Assembly (NCBI GenBank): GCA_977030845.1
Contig: OZ365113.1
Coordinates: 13,702,001-13,766,000 of the forward strand
DNA: 64,000 nucleotides
Origin: Fimbriosthenelais zetlandica
Taxonomy: Eukaryota
Direction: 5' to 3'
Shown here: positions 1 through 13,900 of the stretch, one piece after another
Numbering within the stretch: position 1 is the stretch's first letter
Layout of the letters: every line of letters starts with the position of its first letter
Position numbers and translations under genes: made by a program
The notes under the pieces: model-generated
What the model saw: the letters and a program-made list of their open reading frames with translations, nothing else
Told to the model about the DNA's origin: nothing
The model's database searches: none

Positions 1-2452
1 AATACGTACCATCCATCCATCTCTACACTGTTAGACCAAGCACCTCAATTACTCCTGATAAATAGTACTCCCAGAATGACGATGTAATCGGTCATTGGTG
101 AAAATTGCTGAGTCATTCATACTCAAAACCCCAACTAATTGGTCATATATTAATTAGTCACTGGGATCTTGGAAGAAAGCACTACAAATCTGTAAAATGC
201 GACCAAATGCTTCGTATTAAAGCCTCTGTAGGTTTACAGTGTGGGTGAGGGGGGGGGGGCGTAGGGGGGAAGCACCCAGGGCCTGTATCTCATGTTTATT
301 GTCTGGCCCGGTAGGTCAAGGCCAGATTGTGACCTATGACCTGGGGTCAGGCAGTGACCCCTGGTCAAGCTGACCCCATTAGCCCCTGTTACCTGTTGTA
401 TTGGCCCGGACTGACCCCTGATTGGATGTCCCCCGGCTGTAATGATATCAGAGTTCAGGGGCCATATTCCCTCCACACATAATTGACAACGCTTCTATAG
501 ATGTGACTCGAATCTAACCACTGCCATTCTCATATATATTACATTTTATGCCAAGGTTTTACATTCCATCACTTGGTGCATTTGTTACCTGATCAAATTT
601 GAGAGGTGGACTGAAAATCTATTTTTGATAATTTAAGGATGTCTGGATAGAGTATCTGGCTGGTTAGTTAGAGGGGAGTAGGGCTTGGAAGACCATGAGC
701 ACAAGAGGAGGAGAAGGGGCCATTATAAAGGGTCAGTTATTGATAATACAGAGCGGGCCCTGACCTCTGACATGACCTTTCACATGACCCCAGTGTCAGG
801 GGTCATGGGGCCTGTTTGAGGCCCTCAGCTGAGCCTGAATGATGGGCCGGAGGGGGCGGGGTTAATATTTAATACACACTCCAATAATGACACGTAATAT
901 GACCAGGAAAATGATGGGCTGAGAGTTTTATGTTTAATCCTAAAGCCATCATTAAATTTTATCTGCATAAGCCGCTTATCCTTGTGACACTATTTAGGTT
1001 TGGTGTCGATATTATTCACAATTTGATTAAGATCGTCCTCTGGGGTATAAAATAGCTACAAATATACATCTAGTTATGAACCTATGTATGCCATAACATA
1101 AGGATGTTATTTGTTGGAATTATTATACAATGCAACATGGTTAAACATTAGGACCATAATAAATCACTGTTGCTTTGTAAATTGATTTCCTCGTGGTGTA
1201 ACCTTGCCCTGAGGGGGGAAGGCATACTGTGTCCTTGGGTCATCCCGATGGGTGTCTTTCACACAAATCCCCCCCCCCTTTCCCCCGACCCCCCCCCCCC
1301 CCCCCCCTTCAAATGCACCCACCCCCATCTGTGCTGTGATTGGCTGATTGGAGGTAAGAGGCACTGGTCTCCTTCCCATCATGCTTGTTCACACAGACGC
1401 TGAGTGGAGCTTTACCTAGCAACAAGGGGTCCTTACCTGGTAACAACACTGAGGGCTGTCTCTCTACTCACCTAATAACAACTTGGCTAAATACCAACAA
1501 ACATTTGCCACTCTGATTGCATTAAATTCCAAGATATTTATTCTGTCAGTCTGTGGATACTGTGAATCCCCCATTTAAAGTGACTGTCTTCATTCAGCCT
1601 TGGAAATGTACGTTGTCAAGCATAGGTTGTCATCAATTGTCCATTGTCACTCGACTGCCCTTTCAATTTCGGATTTACCATTTGTCATCGTGGATTAGTT
1701 TTTGCACTGCTGACACATGTTGAAATATGCTTCGCAACTATTTTCTACAGAGAGATGGAGGTAGGAAACTCCAATTAATATAAATTTGTAATTGGAGACA
1801 TAGTACATTAACATTTATATGATTTTTCTCATGTATAAAAACTTGATATGAATGAATTTTCAGGCCCCTTGGTTTTAAACCCCTCATCCGTTGCCACTTG
1901 AGTTGTTTCCGTTCGGTCGGATCCATGTGCCTTCGTTTATATATCAACCATATGGTTCGAGGCTGGTGTATTTTTTAATGCAGCCTGGAGTAATATAGAG
2001 GAAATACAATGTTTTATAATTACATGAGGAGGACATGTGTTAGGGTAGCATGTGAGGGATGTACTATATAGGCGAGGCCACCCACCCTGTGACGGGAGCT
2101 GAAGAGTCCATAACCAATGTTATAGACCTGCATGTACAGCCGGGTAAACATAGCACCCTCCACAGCCCCCTCACTACAATGTAGACTTGGTAACAGGCTC
2201 TAAATTAATTCAAATTCCATTACCCCCCCCCCCCATTTCCTGAATATAGATATAATAATTAGATCCATTGACACCAAAAAATAATATCTATCCAATATCA
2301 ATTTTTTAAATATCCATGGAAAAACTGATTTGCTGATACATTTGTTCTATGTTCCCAATGAATGATTTACCAGTGTTACGACTGTTTCTCGGGTTTGTAG
2401 ATGTTTTGCTGAGAGGTTTGCATGCATGTACCATAACAGCATCATACATGGT

Positions 2453-2466
2453 GTTACCGTGGTAAC
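2453..2466. promoter_or_regulatory. RFX X-box-like GTTACCGTGGTAAC
   Basis: Palindromic GTTAC..GTAAC matching the RFX consensus. Confidence 0.35.
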
Positions 2467-5400
2467 TGGCAAGTTATATGCTCCATGTCATTTTGTAGCC
2501 AGGTGTTATGACATTGCATGTCAAGCCCCCTGCCCCATGCCCCCCGCCCCCCTCCCCCACCATTTAACCCCTCACCTGTCACCAGGTGATGGGGTGTGAG
2601 AGGTGAACTATGACCTCTCACCTCTAACCTTCACCTTTATACACCCGACCTTCAAATCTCTACACCTCTCACTGTTTTCTCTTTGTCTCTTCTCCTCTTT
2701 TCGACTGTGATGTTTGAAATAAATAAATGGGTTTATGACACGAGAAAGCTAAACGGACTGGCGGACTGTCAGATCGAATTTAAAAGATATAAATTACCTG
2801 GAGTTTGATATACCAATATTTTCAACGTGACAAGAACACTATGACATATAATGATGATATTTCATCTTAACTAGGGTCTTTTCTTTGGTCACCTTAGACC
2901 CCCAGCCCTACCCCACCCATGATCAACCGATGTTTTTAGAATTTTTTTTACGGATTCCTTCACGCCTGGAGGAAGTTCCGTTTTCATTTTAAATAAACTT
3001 CATTATTGTGAAGGGGATGTAACTGACATCGCCTTCACCTGACGTGTGAGGTGAGATGTTTCACATGGCCTGGATATTTTACAAGGTAATTGTCATTCTA
3101 TGCCACCTGTCTTCACTGTCTGGCTGTATAATGATATAAATGACACCACCTTCTCTCTCATTCCCTCTCTTTGTCAGACACTATTACCTTGTTTAATTTT
3201 AATGAAGAGGGTGACCTGGTAAAGGCCAGCCTTCCCTCTCCGCTGGTGACATTTCATAATGACACATTGACAACTAGCAAATGTCAAACATTCCTAACGG
3301 CCTGGGGCTCACTCACAAGTGCTGGATATGTGAAGAGCTTATTAAGGACACCACTAGTTAACTTTGGTTAGGGGACGAGGCTGTGGGACCGTGTGAATTT
3401 AAAACATCACCTCCCGTCTGGCTCTGGGCTAATCATTTTGGGTTCAGACAATAAATGGCCCGGTCTACTGTTTGTCCAATCACCAACCCTGGCGCTGTCA
3501 TCTTCTGAAATTGCGCTAATTATTTTTTGACAAAGACCCTTAGTTCTTCTCAGGTGTCCCGCTGTTGTCCTTTAGATTAACATTCATGTTAAAAGGGTTC
3601 ATCAGATGAGCCTTTAAATTAACCAACTACTAAGGCACCCTAAAATAAGCCTCCACGTGGTTCACTTTCTTCACTGTTTTTAATGTTCCATACTGCTTGT
3701 ATTGGAAGTTTAATTGGTTTATTAAATGCCATTATGGAAGAAAGTCTTAAGGGTCAGCTGTAATTTGGTTAGTATAGGGTGTTCCCTATCATCAGGTACA
3801 CTGAGCTGTTGGTGTTTGCATGAGAATAAAAGTTGAGATGAGTCAATTCCCAAGACTCATTTCTGTTGTTTGGTGCTCGCTCCTAACAGTCATGCATACA
3901 ATTCATGCCAAGAAAGGATAGAGGTGTTTTAAAATCAATATTATAGTCTGTGACCATTAAAAACCGAGCTGTTTTGGAATCAATAGTCGCTGAAATCATG
4001 CACTCTAATAAGCCATTGTTGCATTGCACCAGACGCTTGAATCTATTAACTTAATTTACTTAAGAATGTAATCATTATAAATCGGGCTGAGATTTTGATG
4101 AATAATTTAGGGACAAGAGCCAGTCTAGCAGGTACCAGGAGTTTGAGATCGGACGTGTGCATGTTTACTTACCCATGGATGATATTGATATGGTTTCCAT
4201 GGTGATTAATGGGAATGGGGAGGTGGTAGGGTGATGGTTACCCGTCATCATGGAAGGCCAGACATGTGATAGTGATAGGCTCCCTATAATCACTTATTAT
4301 CCAGTGGCTCAAATATGTATTGTGTGGTTTTCCATGCAAAAAAGTGGGTTTGTGAAATGGTTAGGTCTGTCGCTAAGGTTATCCAATGCACCATTGGCTA
4401 TATATATATGGTCTGGATTAAATAATTAGGGAAACAATTAAGGAAGGGTGTTACTAGTTGAGTTTAGTCGGCTCTGGAGTATGGATGTTGTTGGTGTTGA
4501 GGTGGTGTGAGACATGCATTAATCATTACGTTTACTCGTGCATATCACGTGTGATTGGAAGTGTTCGTGATGAGAAGCATCCACTGATTATGTCCGTACT
4601 AAAAACATTTTATAATCACTTAAAAATTTAAACAGATTACATTGATTGAATGTCACTGGAAATCTCTCAAATGCCTTATACATTATATTAAGCAGTAAAC
4701 ATAGTGCAAAAATCATTTTATTTTAAAGTTGAAAAAAAAAGAAAAAAATTAAGTGTTAGACTATCTGACTTCACTTTCAAAACTTCAATCTTAATGAGGC
4801 ACTTAGTGTTGGAGATGACTTGACATGATAGAGCCATCACCTTCCCCTAGTCCTTTCTTCTCCTCTTACCTGTTTGTCACCACCACCCCCTCCCCCGACA
4901 AACAAACCACCCTGGCCACCCAACCATGTAAAATCAGCGCCTGTATAAAGCCACCCTCAAGCTTAATGGCTATGTCATTCACTGGACATAGACATACATT
5001 ACTCTCGGGTGACCGCTCCAGCACACATCCCCAGCCATTCCCCAGGGGTATAATGACCAGTTATGGACTACACCTACACACAGGTGACAACACCTGGTCA
5101 AGCACTGTGGTCAAGCCTAATAGAAGATGACCACCCTGACATCCTTTGCACCAGCTCGTCTCCATTGACCACCTTTGTTCACCAGTGGTATCGATCATAC
5201 ATTATATTCACTGGTTACGTATGGTGAGGGAGTGATATAAGTGTTATAATGATGGTTTCTTTGTATCATGACAGACATTGTCATCAAAAGATGAGATTTG
5301 GTGGGAAATAAGCACAAAGGACGTAATGGGTATTAGTCTCAAAGTTTGACAGCTCTAATTTGGGCTCATTATGATATCAAACATTCCGCTACCACTTGAA

Positions 5401-6946
5401 CCATGTAAGGAATTGTGATGTTAAGCCATATTTTTCATATAATAATGTGGCTAACCTGTACACAGCCAAGCAATGATCATGACCCCTCCTGGTACTACTA
5501 TTGTCAATCACCAAGAGTTTAATAGGGATTTGTACATATGTGATATGGCTTAACATTTTAAAGACATTCTCACTTCTGACCCTAGGGGTTCGGTGTCATT
5601 ACGTGATTATGTATAGTACATTTTAAACTCTGTCTACCTGTCACCCTCAGGGAGGTGTCTCTTCTCTTAAATCCCCTGAGCCACCATATTCCCCGCCCCC
5701 CTCCCGCCCACATTGTGTATTTCCAAATCCCACAGCCACCATACCTGCCAAGACATCATACATTGTAGTTTCGTTTCTTCTTTTCAACGTTTAAAATAAT
5801 GTGTTGTAACTAATCGTGAACTGAGTTGAATTCAGAAAGAAAGGCTTAGTGCCCTACATTTTCAAGTAGGATGACTCCAACTTTAAAAGATTCCCCTCAA
5901 GCATTGACCATAACGTAAGTTTGTTTAATTTTGGTGATGTGTTAAAAGCGCCTCAGGGCAGAGAAATTAATTATAGCCCTCGGCACTACTACTGTCCTGC
6001 TTCTCTTATATGTCAAGTTTAAAATGGAAGATTTAGGTGCCTGTATATAGCAAATATGGCGGTACTCATTAAAAGCGAAAAATCAAGATTAGATTTAATA
6101 TTATATACGATTACAATTCAATACTTACAATATATATAGTCACCCATCTGTATAATATAAAGGGAACAAAGGGAACCAAGAATGCCTCTTGAGTAGAGAT
6201 AATTATTAATTCTCATATTCCCCTACATACCCAGCTTTTCCATGAAGACACCTGTGATGGGACATGTCCACCATAGACCACTCTCGCTGCCCTTTTATTC
6301 ATTCCAAAAATAAAAAGAGGAAATTGGCCGCGGGCATTAAACGATAGCTTTTAAAAGGGACATTGACATTGTAGTCAGAGGGTCAGGGTATTCTTTCATA
6401 CACGAAAACTGACATCTGAGGCTCCCCACATTCTCCCCATAAACAGCCCCTGGCCATTCAGGGCGAGCTCTATTAATAGATAAAGGAACGAGAACAAAGA
6501 TAACTTTATATGATATCTTAGGTATGATATTTGAGATATGGCTTTCTAATAAGCCAACCGTTATGTCCTATCCGGCATATGGCTTGAAATCGGATAGGTT
6601 TTTTCAAATATATAGCTTTAAAAATACCTGTCTAGGTACCTGTATTTTGATATGATATCCATTACTCTTAAACTGCCCAAAGAAAACCTGATCTATTTCT
6701 GTTTGAACATAAATGACCTATGGAATTCACACTCCACTTAAAGGAAAGGTCACCAGTTTAAGCCCCTTAGTTTCATCTTATAAGGAACCCAGGGCGCCGT
6801 CCGTGTGCACTTTTCATATCATTGTATGTCCTTTTTATCAGGGAAATCTATTATCTGCTTAATTTCCCACACCAGCAGGAAAACTGCATTGAACCCTCAC
6901 AATAGTTTCAAAGAAATCCCCGAGCCAAACTAGGGGTGGCCACCCT

Positions 6947-7001
6947 TGACCTGTACAGGTCACTTTAAGTGACCTCTGACCTGTGACCTGGCCACTGACC
7001 T
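6947..7001. promoter_or_regulatory. Cluster of nuclear-receptor half-sites (5x TGACCT, 1x AGGTCA)
   Basis: TGACCT at 6947, 6970, 6977, 6984, 6996; AGGTCA at 6957; includes two DR1 arrangements and two perfect palindromes. Function is inferred. Confidence 0.45.
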
Positions 7002-7791
7002 GGCCCATATGGCTTCCACCTGGCGTCTCCCTAAACCAGGTGTCTGTCAGCGAGACAGTGGGAGAACGGGCGAGAGTTTCAACAATGGCGCATGCCCCGA
7101 GCCCCTAATTACATCTCCATAACGATAAAATACTACCCTTCTATAACTGGCTCCACTGGACGCATTTTGTCATATTACAATTATCTCACACTGACTATTA
7201 AATCTTAACTTAGATACCATGCTATATAGATACCATAGAAGTAGATAGATAGTATGATAGATACCAAACTTTTATATACATTTAAAGGTCCATATATCTC
7301 CTAAGTTTTTAATGAATCTTTTTATTTTTTTTTAATGTTTTTAATAATAATTCTCCTGGTCAAGGTAAATATTTAAATTGGGTTTTGATAAACATTTAAA
7401 GGTTAGTGACTCCGTACTTTAAATGTAGTGATGGACACGTGCATACAACCTGACGCCTGGTGAACGTTAGGTGAACTAAGTAGTGGGGTTTAGTTCTGAG
7501 ATTCAGTGATAGAGGACAGCACCGTCGCCGTAAGTGGAAGATGCGGCAAGCTTAAGAACACCACATACAATGTAATGATCTGTGGGCTGTCCTGGTTGAT
7601 TTCTCGTGAATAAATCCATGACAAAAAGGAATACATCTATGCTGTTCTTTTGGTACAAATTGTCTTATGATTAAATGTAAAATCAACCTTTACTATATCA
7701 AAAAAAATTGGTTCCCCTATACATGTACAACGTATCTGGATTTGAATTTTTTTTAAATGTGTATTAATAGGTTTTTTGTTCTGTTTTCCAG

Positions 7792-7992
7792 GCCTGCCCC
7801 CGGGATCCAAGCCTCCGCCATTGACCATGTTAAGTCCGGCGGGATCTAAGATTGCCCGGACCACAGCCACTGTACCACCCCTCAACCAGACGTCCCCCAC
7901 TGCCACTGGATCTAACGCCATGAACGCAACGCGTGCCTCCAGCTTCGCTGCTGCTCTACGCAAACTCGCCAAGCAGGCTGGGGATCCCCCTG
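7792..7992 (+). CDS. GSE1: GSE1 exon A (phase 1-1): ..LPPGSKPPPLTMLSPAGSKIARTTATV..SSFAAALRKLAKQAGDPP
   Basis: ttttccAG acceptor at 7790-91, G|GTAAGT donor at 7993; conserved FAAALRKLAKQA motif. Confidence 0.92.
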
Positions 7993-10900
7993 GTAAGTTT
8001 TGAAAAAACTATTCATGTGCTTTAATACATACATAGACCTGACCGAGGCTTGATGCCTGGGGTTTTATTTCCCTGGTTATGTGTCTGCCTCCAAAACAGG
8101 GAAATAACAGATATATTTATTAAAAAATGAACGAAAATTGTTGACTGGCCATAGAAATGACACCTCTCACAACATCTCTGATGAAAAAGGCTGGAGTCTT
8201 GCAATCAAAAACCCTCTTAATATGAAGATACATGTATACTCAGACTCTACCTATAGTAGATAACTGTTACCTCAGTACTAGATGGGGTAAATGCCTGATG
8301 TAAGTATCACCAATCACTAACCAGCCGTGTAACCACATGGGAGATGCCAACGCTCACTAAAAAGACATTGTCTCACTAAATGCTTTATAGTCCACCTTCA
8401 TGACAACCCTCCTTTCTCTACACTTAGCCAGTGTCTTAAATCTATGGAGAAAATGACTAAATTCCTTTTTAATATACGTCATAGAATCTAAAAGGATTCT
8501 GATCCAAGAATGTATCTGTTAAATTGGTGATTGTATTTGGTAATTTCCCCAAGAATTGGTAGAGTACTTTTGAATAAAGATAATTCCGCGTGTGGAGCAA
8601 GTCTATAGGTGGATGGTGAATAGTTGATGAGCTAATAGCCTCTACGTGACAGAGGGTCTTTTCCCATGTCACAATCCATAGATTAATATCGTGTTTACCA
8701 CCCGCTTCCCTCAACAGTACCTGATAATGCTGCTACCTAGACTAGCCGTCAATTTAAGCTGTGCCAATAGCACAGTAGACTTGCCTTTCTCCCCATGGCT
8801 GAGGATTCGTCAAAATGGAACTGCATTTGTGACAATGGCCCCATTTTCATGTACTACTACCGTATAATTCTTTTCAAATCTAACATAACAGTTAATAGGG
8901 ATCAGAACTGATGGTTAGGCTGATCGTTTGTAGAGAAGTGTAGATGGTGGGGTAGGTTATAGGTTGAGATCAGATTGATAAACTTCTCATTTGTGAGTCT
9001 AATCAATGAACCTGGCCGCTTACCTTATAGCCTCTACATGCCTAACTACCATCCATCACTGCCAGTCTACCAGCTACACCTAGACTAGCCCTCATCCCCA
9101 GCAATTTGTATTTATTTTTTCCTTTGCTGGCCCGCAGTTAGCATGTCTATACTATTCGCAGTCTCTCCTCCTTTCTGAGTCTAGAATGCCTTAACATATA
9201 GCCATTATAGGTGTGGCATCTTCATGATCATCCAAGATGACATACATCAAAGGCTCTTGAAGTATGACTGTGGGGGTTGAGCATGTTATAGTGTGGAGGG
9301 TGTGGTGAGATGGCTGTGGTGTGGGTGCGTTGCATGCACTCAGCCTTTCGTGACAATCAGATAGGAGTGATATGCTGTAATATTATAAGGACAAAGGTTG
9401 TATGATTTCCACAGATCATAAAGAGTGCATTATTTCTGAAAACCTGAAACCATGTGACTAATGCATCGACGTTTTCTATGCGATAAAAAGATTCTGATTT
9501 TGACATATATATACGCCACCATGCAATATAGGGACTGCAGGTGCAATGCAGCAGACATTCCAACTTTATGGCTCTAAAATGTTTCCCTGAATTATATCCC
9601 CCAACTGTGCATTATCATAAAGAAATAGTGCCGTTCAATTATTGGCCACTATCGCCGATGATTGATGCATTGTTGTCGATCGGAAAACGATCAAGTTTAT
9701 GTACATGCAACAACTCTTGCATGCAGTGACATGCGTTGTGCATAAAAAATAGCAGTGCATTAATTGTGTCATCTGAATTGTTCGATAGGTGATTTGTGAC
9801 AGTGATACCTCAATGATCTCTAGCATCACGTGACCTGTGAGTAATAGGGACCTGCCCTCTGGCGGAGATAATGATATCATATCATAATTATCCTCATTTT
9901 CCGTGTCAAATATAGGACGGTTTTTCTAAAATTGCTATCATTTGTTCAGCTCTGTCCCCGAGCACGGTTTTAACTGCATTAACATTTGGCCTAATAATAA
10001 ATATATGATTGGTAAATAGGTTTAAGTATACCATTTCAACCCCTGCACTTTGTAAGTGTTCCTGGGAAGTTTTAATGATGCATAGTTCATCTCTTGCAAT
10101 ATTATTGCAAGTATTTAATTCTCGGTTTAGTTGGCAATCTGTAGATCTATTACTGCCTGTATTGATTCAGTGAGGTTATGGTACTATACTATAGTTCGCA
10201 CTTGACCCACATGGCGGCAGCAGCAGTGCCTCGGTGGCCACATGTTGGTTTATACCAGTGCCATTCGTCCGTGTGACATAAATAGTGATGATTAATACCA
10301 TCATGACACTGTTACAAGCAGCTACAGCGGTCATACAACGGCCTTCATTCACCTAATTACCTATGATGTATTGAACTCTGCTCAATAAAGATGAATGCTA
10401 GTCATCCATGGACATAACATCCATCAATCTGCAATGGTCTATAGCAGGTGAGCAAACATGAAAGTTTGTTATTTCAAGTTCAAGTATACACATGAAGTTA
10501 CCAAGACAATCGTTAGATCTCCTATATATATGTTTTCTGTAAGTTTCTGTAATTGGAGGCGAATGCCACTATTATCTGCATCAGTATACCAAGGCAATAC
10601 GCATTTAATTTAATAAGGAAAGTTACGCTTGGGTAATATGGTTAACACTTGGCGGGATGGACAAATTAAAGTGGCTCCATTAAATTGCCATTCCCAATTT
10701 AAAAAGTGATAATTGAACATAATGATTTGAGTGGATGGTGCGATTGTGGATTACAGGCGTGTATATAGTGTATACCTACATGGGTATCACCTATTTCTGG
10801 TCTCTCATCCCGATCAAGATCAAACTAAGTTTTGGAGGTTTGATCATCAGGTGGCATGGTGTCCAGTTAAGCTTGATGGTATTCCCACCTGAGGTTGTGG

Positions 10901-13900
10901 GTTCGATTCCCACGCCCAGCTGTGATCAGCTGTTTTTCTGGTGCACGTGATAGGGATGTGTTTGGGGGCTTTTTTGAGAAGCGAATCCCCATTTGTAGAG
11001 CTTAAGTGAGACCATGGCCTGTCTTCTACCAAATACCTCTGGCCTGTCACCTTTCTTATTCTGGATCTTCTATCTATTGCTAAAAATATTCCCTAGAATT
11101 CATTTGAAGGAATAGCTAGGGTGACTATCAATTTAGTTACAAGTTATAAGCTTTAACCTATAATAATAAACATTTTACAAGTTCATACAGAGAGACTACA
11201 CCAGTGACTCTGGTTCATGGTTCCTGAGAAATCGTACAAGAAACATGACCATTGTCAATGCTATTAATAGCCGGTTATGTAAGTGAAATGTGCGTGTAAT
11301 TTAAACATGTGTCAATGTGAAACAGTCTACCTTTGACTCAATGTTTACATTGGTGCTCTACCATTGCCCAATCGACGGGTGGCCACGGGTGGAGTGAGTG
11401 AGTTTGAAAGAGTAGATTACATAAAGTTCACACACGTGTACACGCATCCCTCTTGCCTCCCACTAATATAATCTTCCCCACACATCCTACACACAGGAAG
11501 TATTAAGGATACCTTAGGGGGGCGCCACACCACAGCCACCGCCGCCAACTAGCTTTTCTGGGTCATAAGGGGCCAGATGGTACTATTTCCAGGCGAGAGA
11601 AAGAGGGAGAGAAGCGGAGAAAGAGACGAGGAGGGAGAGCTATCACTAGAACTAGACCCCGGACTCGATTGTCTGCCTACCCTTCTACTCTAGTAAGCAG
11701 CCGCGTGCCTATTTGCCCGAGAAATCGATCAGACGGTTCAGGGAGTATAAGGATTTGCCAGTGATCTGCTATCTGTGCTTTGCCTTACCCTTGGTATACA
11801 CAATAGAGGCACATCGAGTGGTTGTGTGTGGTGTGGCGTAGTGTGTGGATCTGCCGACTGCTTGGTGGAAGAGGAATATCATATCCTAGTACAACAACAC
11901 GGAGATGGACCGAGGCCAAAGGTGTTTACTATATCACGACCAAGAGTGGCAGATGGCGAGGTGATTTTACAAGGAGAAATAGAAGAGGAGGAGGAGTGTT
12001 GTGAATATGTGGGTGTGTAAGCAGAGTTATGGTAGATTGTGTTATGCATGTGAATCCTGATTCCACCTACAGCACCACTACCATCACCTCAGGGGTGGTG
12101 GCACTAAATAGCTTGATAATAATGGTGGTGTGGTGGCTGTACAAATAATGCATCAACAACTGCCATCTCAATAACCCAACTGATTCACATCCTGGAATAG
12201 AACCTGCTTGCTATGTGAAAAATACCCCTACTCTTCTCAGCCGACCCCGTTGTATAAAGGATTTCACTGGCATTTTATAAGTGCTTTTACCCATTGAGGC
12301 CGTGCTCTTTTAATGGCCCTAGTACCAGCTTTTAAAATACCCCCGCTTCAATCGAACCGACCCACGCTGGGGCCGAGACACAGACAGAGATTTTGAAGGG
12401 TCGGCCATAATTTGGGATAATTACAAGCGACCGTGGGCACGCAAAAACTTCGCCGACCGTGACGCCTATAGCTAGGCACCACCACCACTACCACCGACAG
12501 TGTGGAAATAAGTACAAAGAGAAGCCGAGGCATCGACCTTCTATTGGCCTCTCTCCAAGGCCTCTTGTTGTAAGGGTACGTATAGTGTGTGTATATATCA
12601 TCAGAGTATTTTTATCACGTCAGACCAGCGTTTGTTTAAAGGGGAGAATAAATGTGTGTGAGATGTAAAAGATTGAGATACAACAGACCCACAGGAGGTG
12701 TGAAGGGGATGTGTTCTACTGTTTACAATGCTAATAGACATGTCTCTGTGTTATGTCATCATGTATGACTAAATTAAGTGGGTAACTACTGTGTAAATGG
12801 ACCTGCACTCTATCTAATATCTCACGCAATGAGTAAAAATATTAAGCAAGGTTCCAAGTAAGAAATATTAAGTAAGGGAGCCAGTAAAATGGCAGTAATC
12901 ATGATTTATGGTCTGAGTGCAAGGGGAAAGAAATCTGTTTAATGCAAGAGGTTTTTATATGGGCATCCTGTTTGCCTGGGGTTATCACAGAGGGTTTATT
13001 AAGGTTATCAGTTTTTTTTTGTGGTCTGGTACCGTCTGGTGGGTAGAGATATGTACACTCGGTATCACTCAACGTTTGTAGAAGGTGAATAATCCCCGGC
13101 TCAGATGATGACTATCAACTTGTAACAACACAACTACACCTGGCGCAGGTTGCCTGCCCTAGACATGCCACCTGATGGCCCATTATTATCACAATATATA
13201 ATTTAGAATATAATCTCTGGGCCCATGTGTACAAGAATTGATAATGTAATGAGTAGGCCTAGGTGAATGGACTGACTCATTACCAGTATAATATTTTCAA
13301 ATAGATAGATCTATTATGGAGAAGACACCTGAACCTGAACAGGGGATTGATAAAAAAACAAAATTGATGATGTTTTATTGTAGGAGGGAGCTAGTCTAGC
13401 CTTGAGGCTGACACATGCCTGTGCATTATGACCTGACACGTAAAGAAACCAAACACTCTCATGATCTATTATACCAGTACCTCTGGCCTCGGGACTTATA
13501 ATCATTTAATACTTTAATAGCGTACTCATCCATTGATCTCTAATGATTGCAATGTTATTGTGTCGTAGGGATATGCTTAATCAGTTAGTGACATTGGAAA
13601 TCTGAAAAGCTTTTTTTTTATTTTTTTTTAAAGCTTTTTTCCATTCAAAAACCAAAGGTAGAACTATTTTGACCTGTTGTCAAACAGTCTAGTCATGAAC
13701 TCATTTCCTACTCTGTTAGTTGCTAATCCCTTTATAATAGCATGTAACATTTCCTTTGGACATACGGCCTACAATCCCTCACTGTATGTGTTAGTGTTAA
13801 ATCTAAAAGAGGTGAAGTGGGAATATCTCCTTTGTGTCACCACTGGGCAAGCATTTCTGGGGTAAACCACCCACAAACATAAAGCCATGTCTGAGAAAGT

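Noticed and set aside
241-1310. Poly-G/poly-C runs as G-quadruplex regulators (248-271, 1268-1308; also 58016-58050)
   Set aside because: Homopolymer runs recur across the window and are error-prone; nothing specific supports function.
1950-2010. Pogo-like MITE end (..GTAATATAGAGGAAATAC)
   Set aside because: No partner TIR found, so the boundaries cannot be supported.
7637-7972. Antisense ORFs over coding exons (also 20280-20462, 42542-42749, 43011-43570, 52305-53093)
   Set aside because: Shadow frames of the real GSE1/TMEM143 exons.
10850-10921. Functional tRNA gene
   Set aside because: Only the T-arm pairs; the acceptor and anticodon stems do not form.
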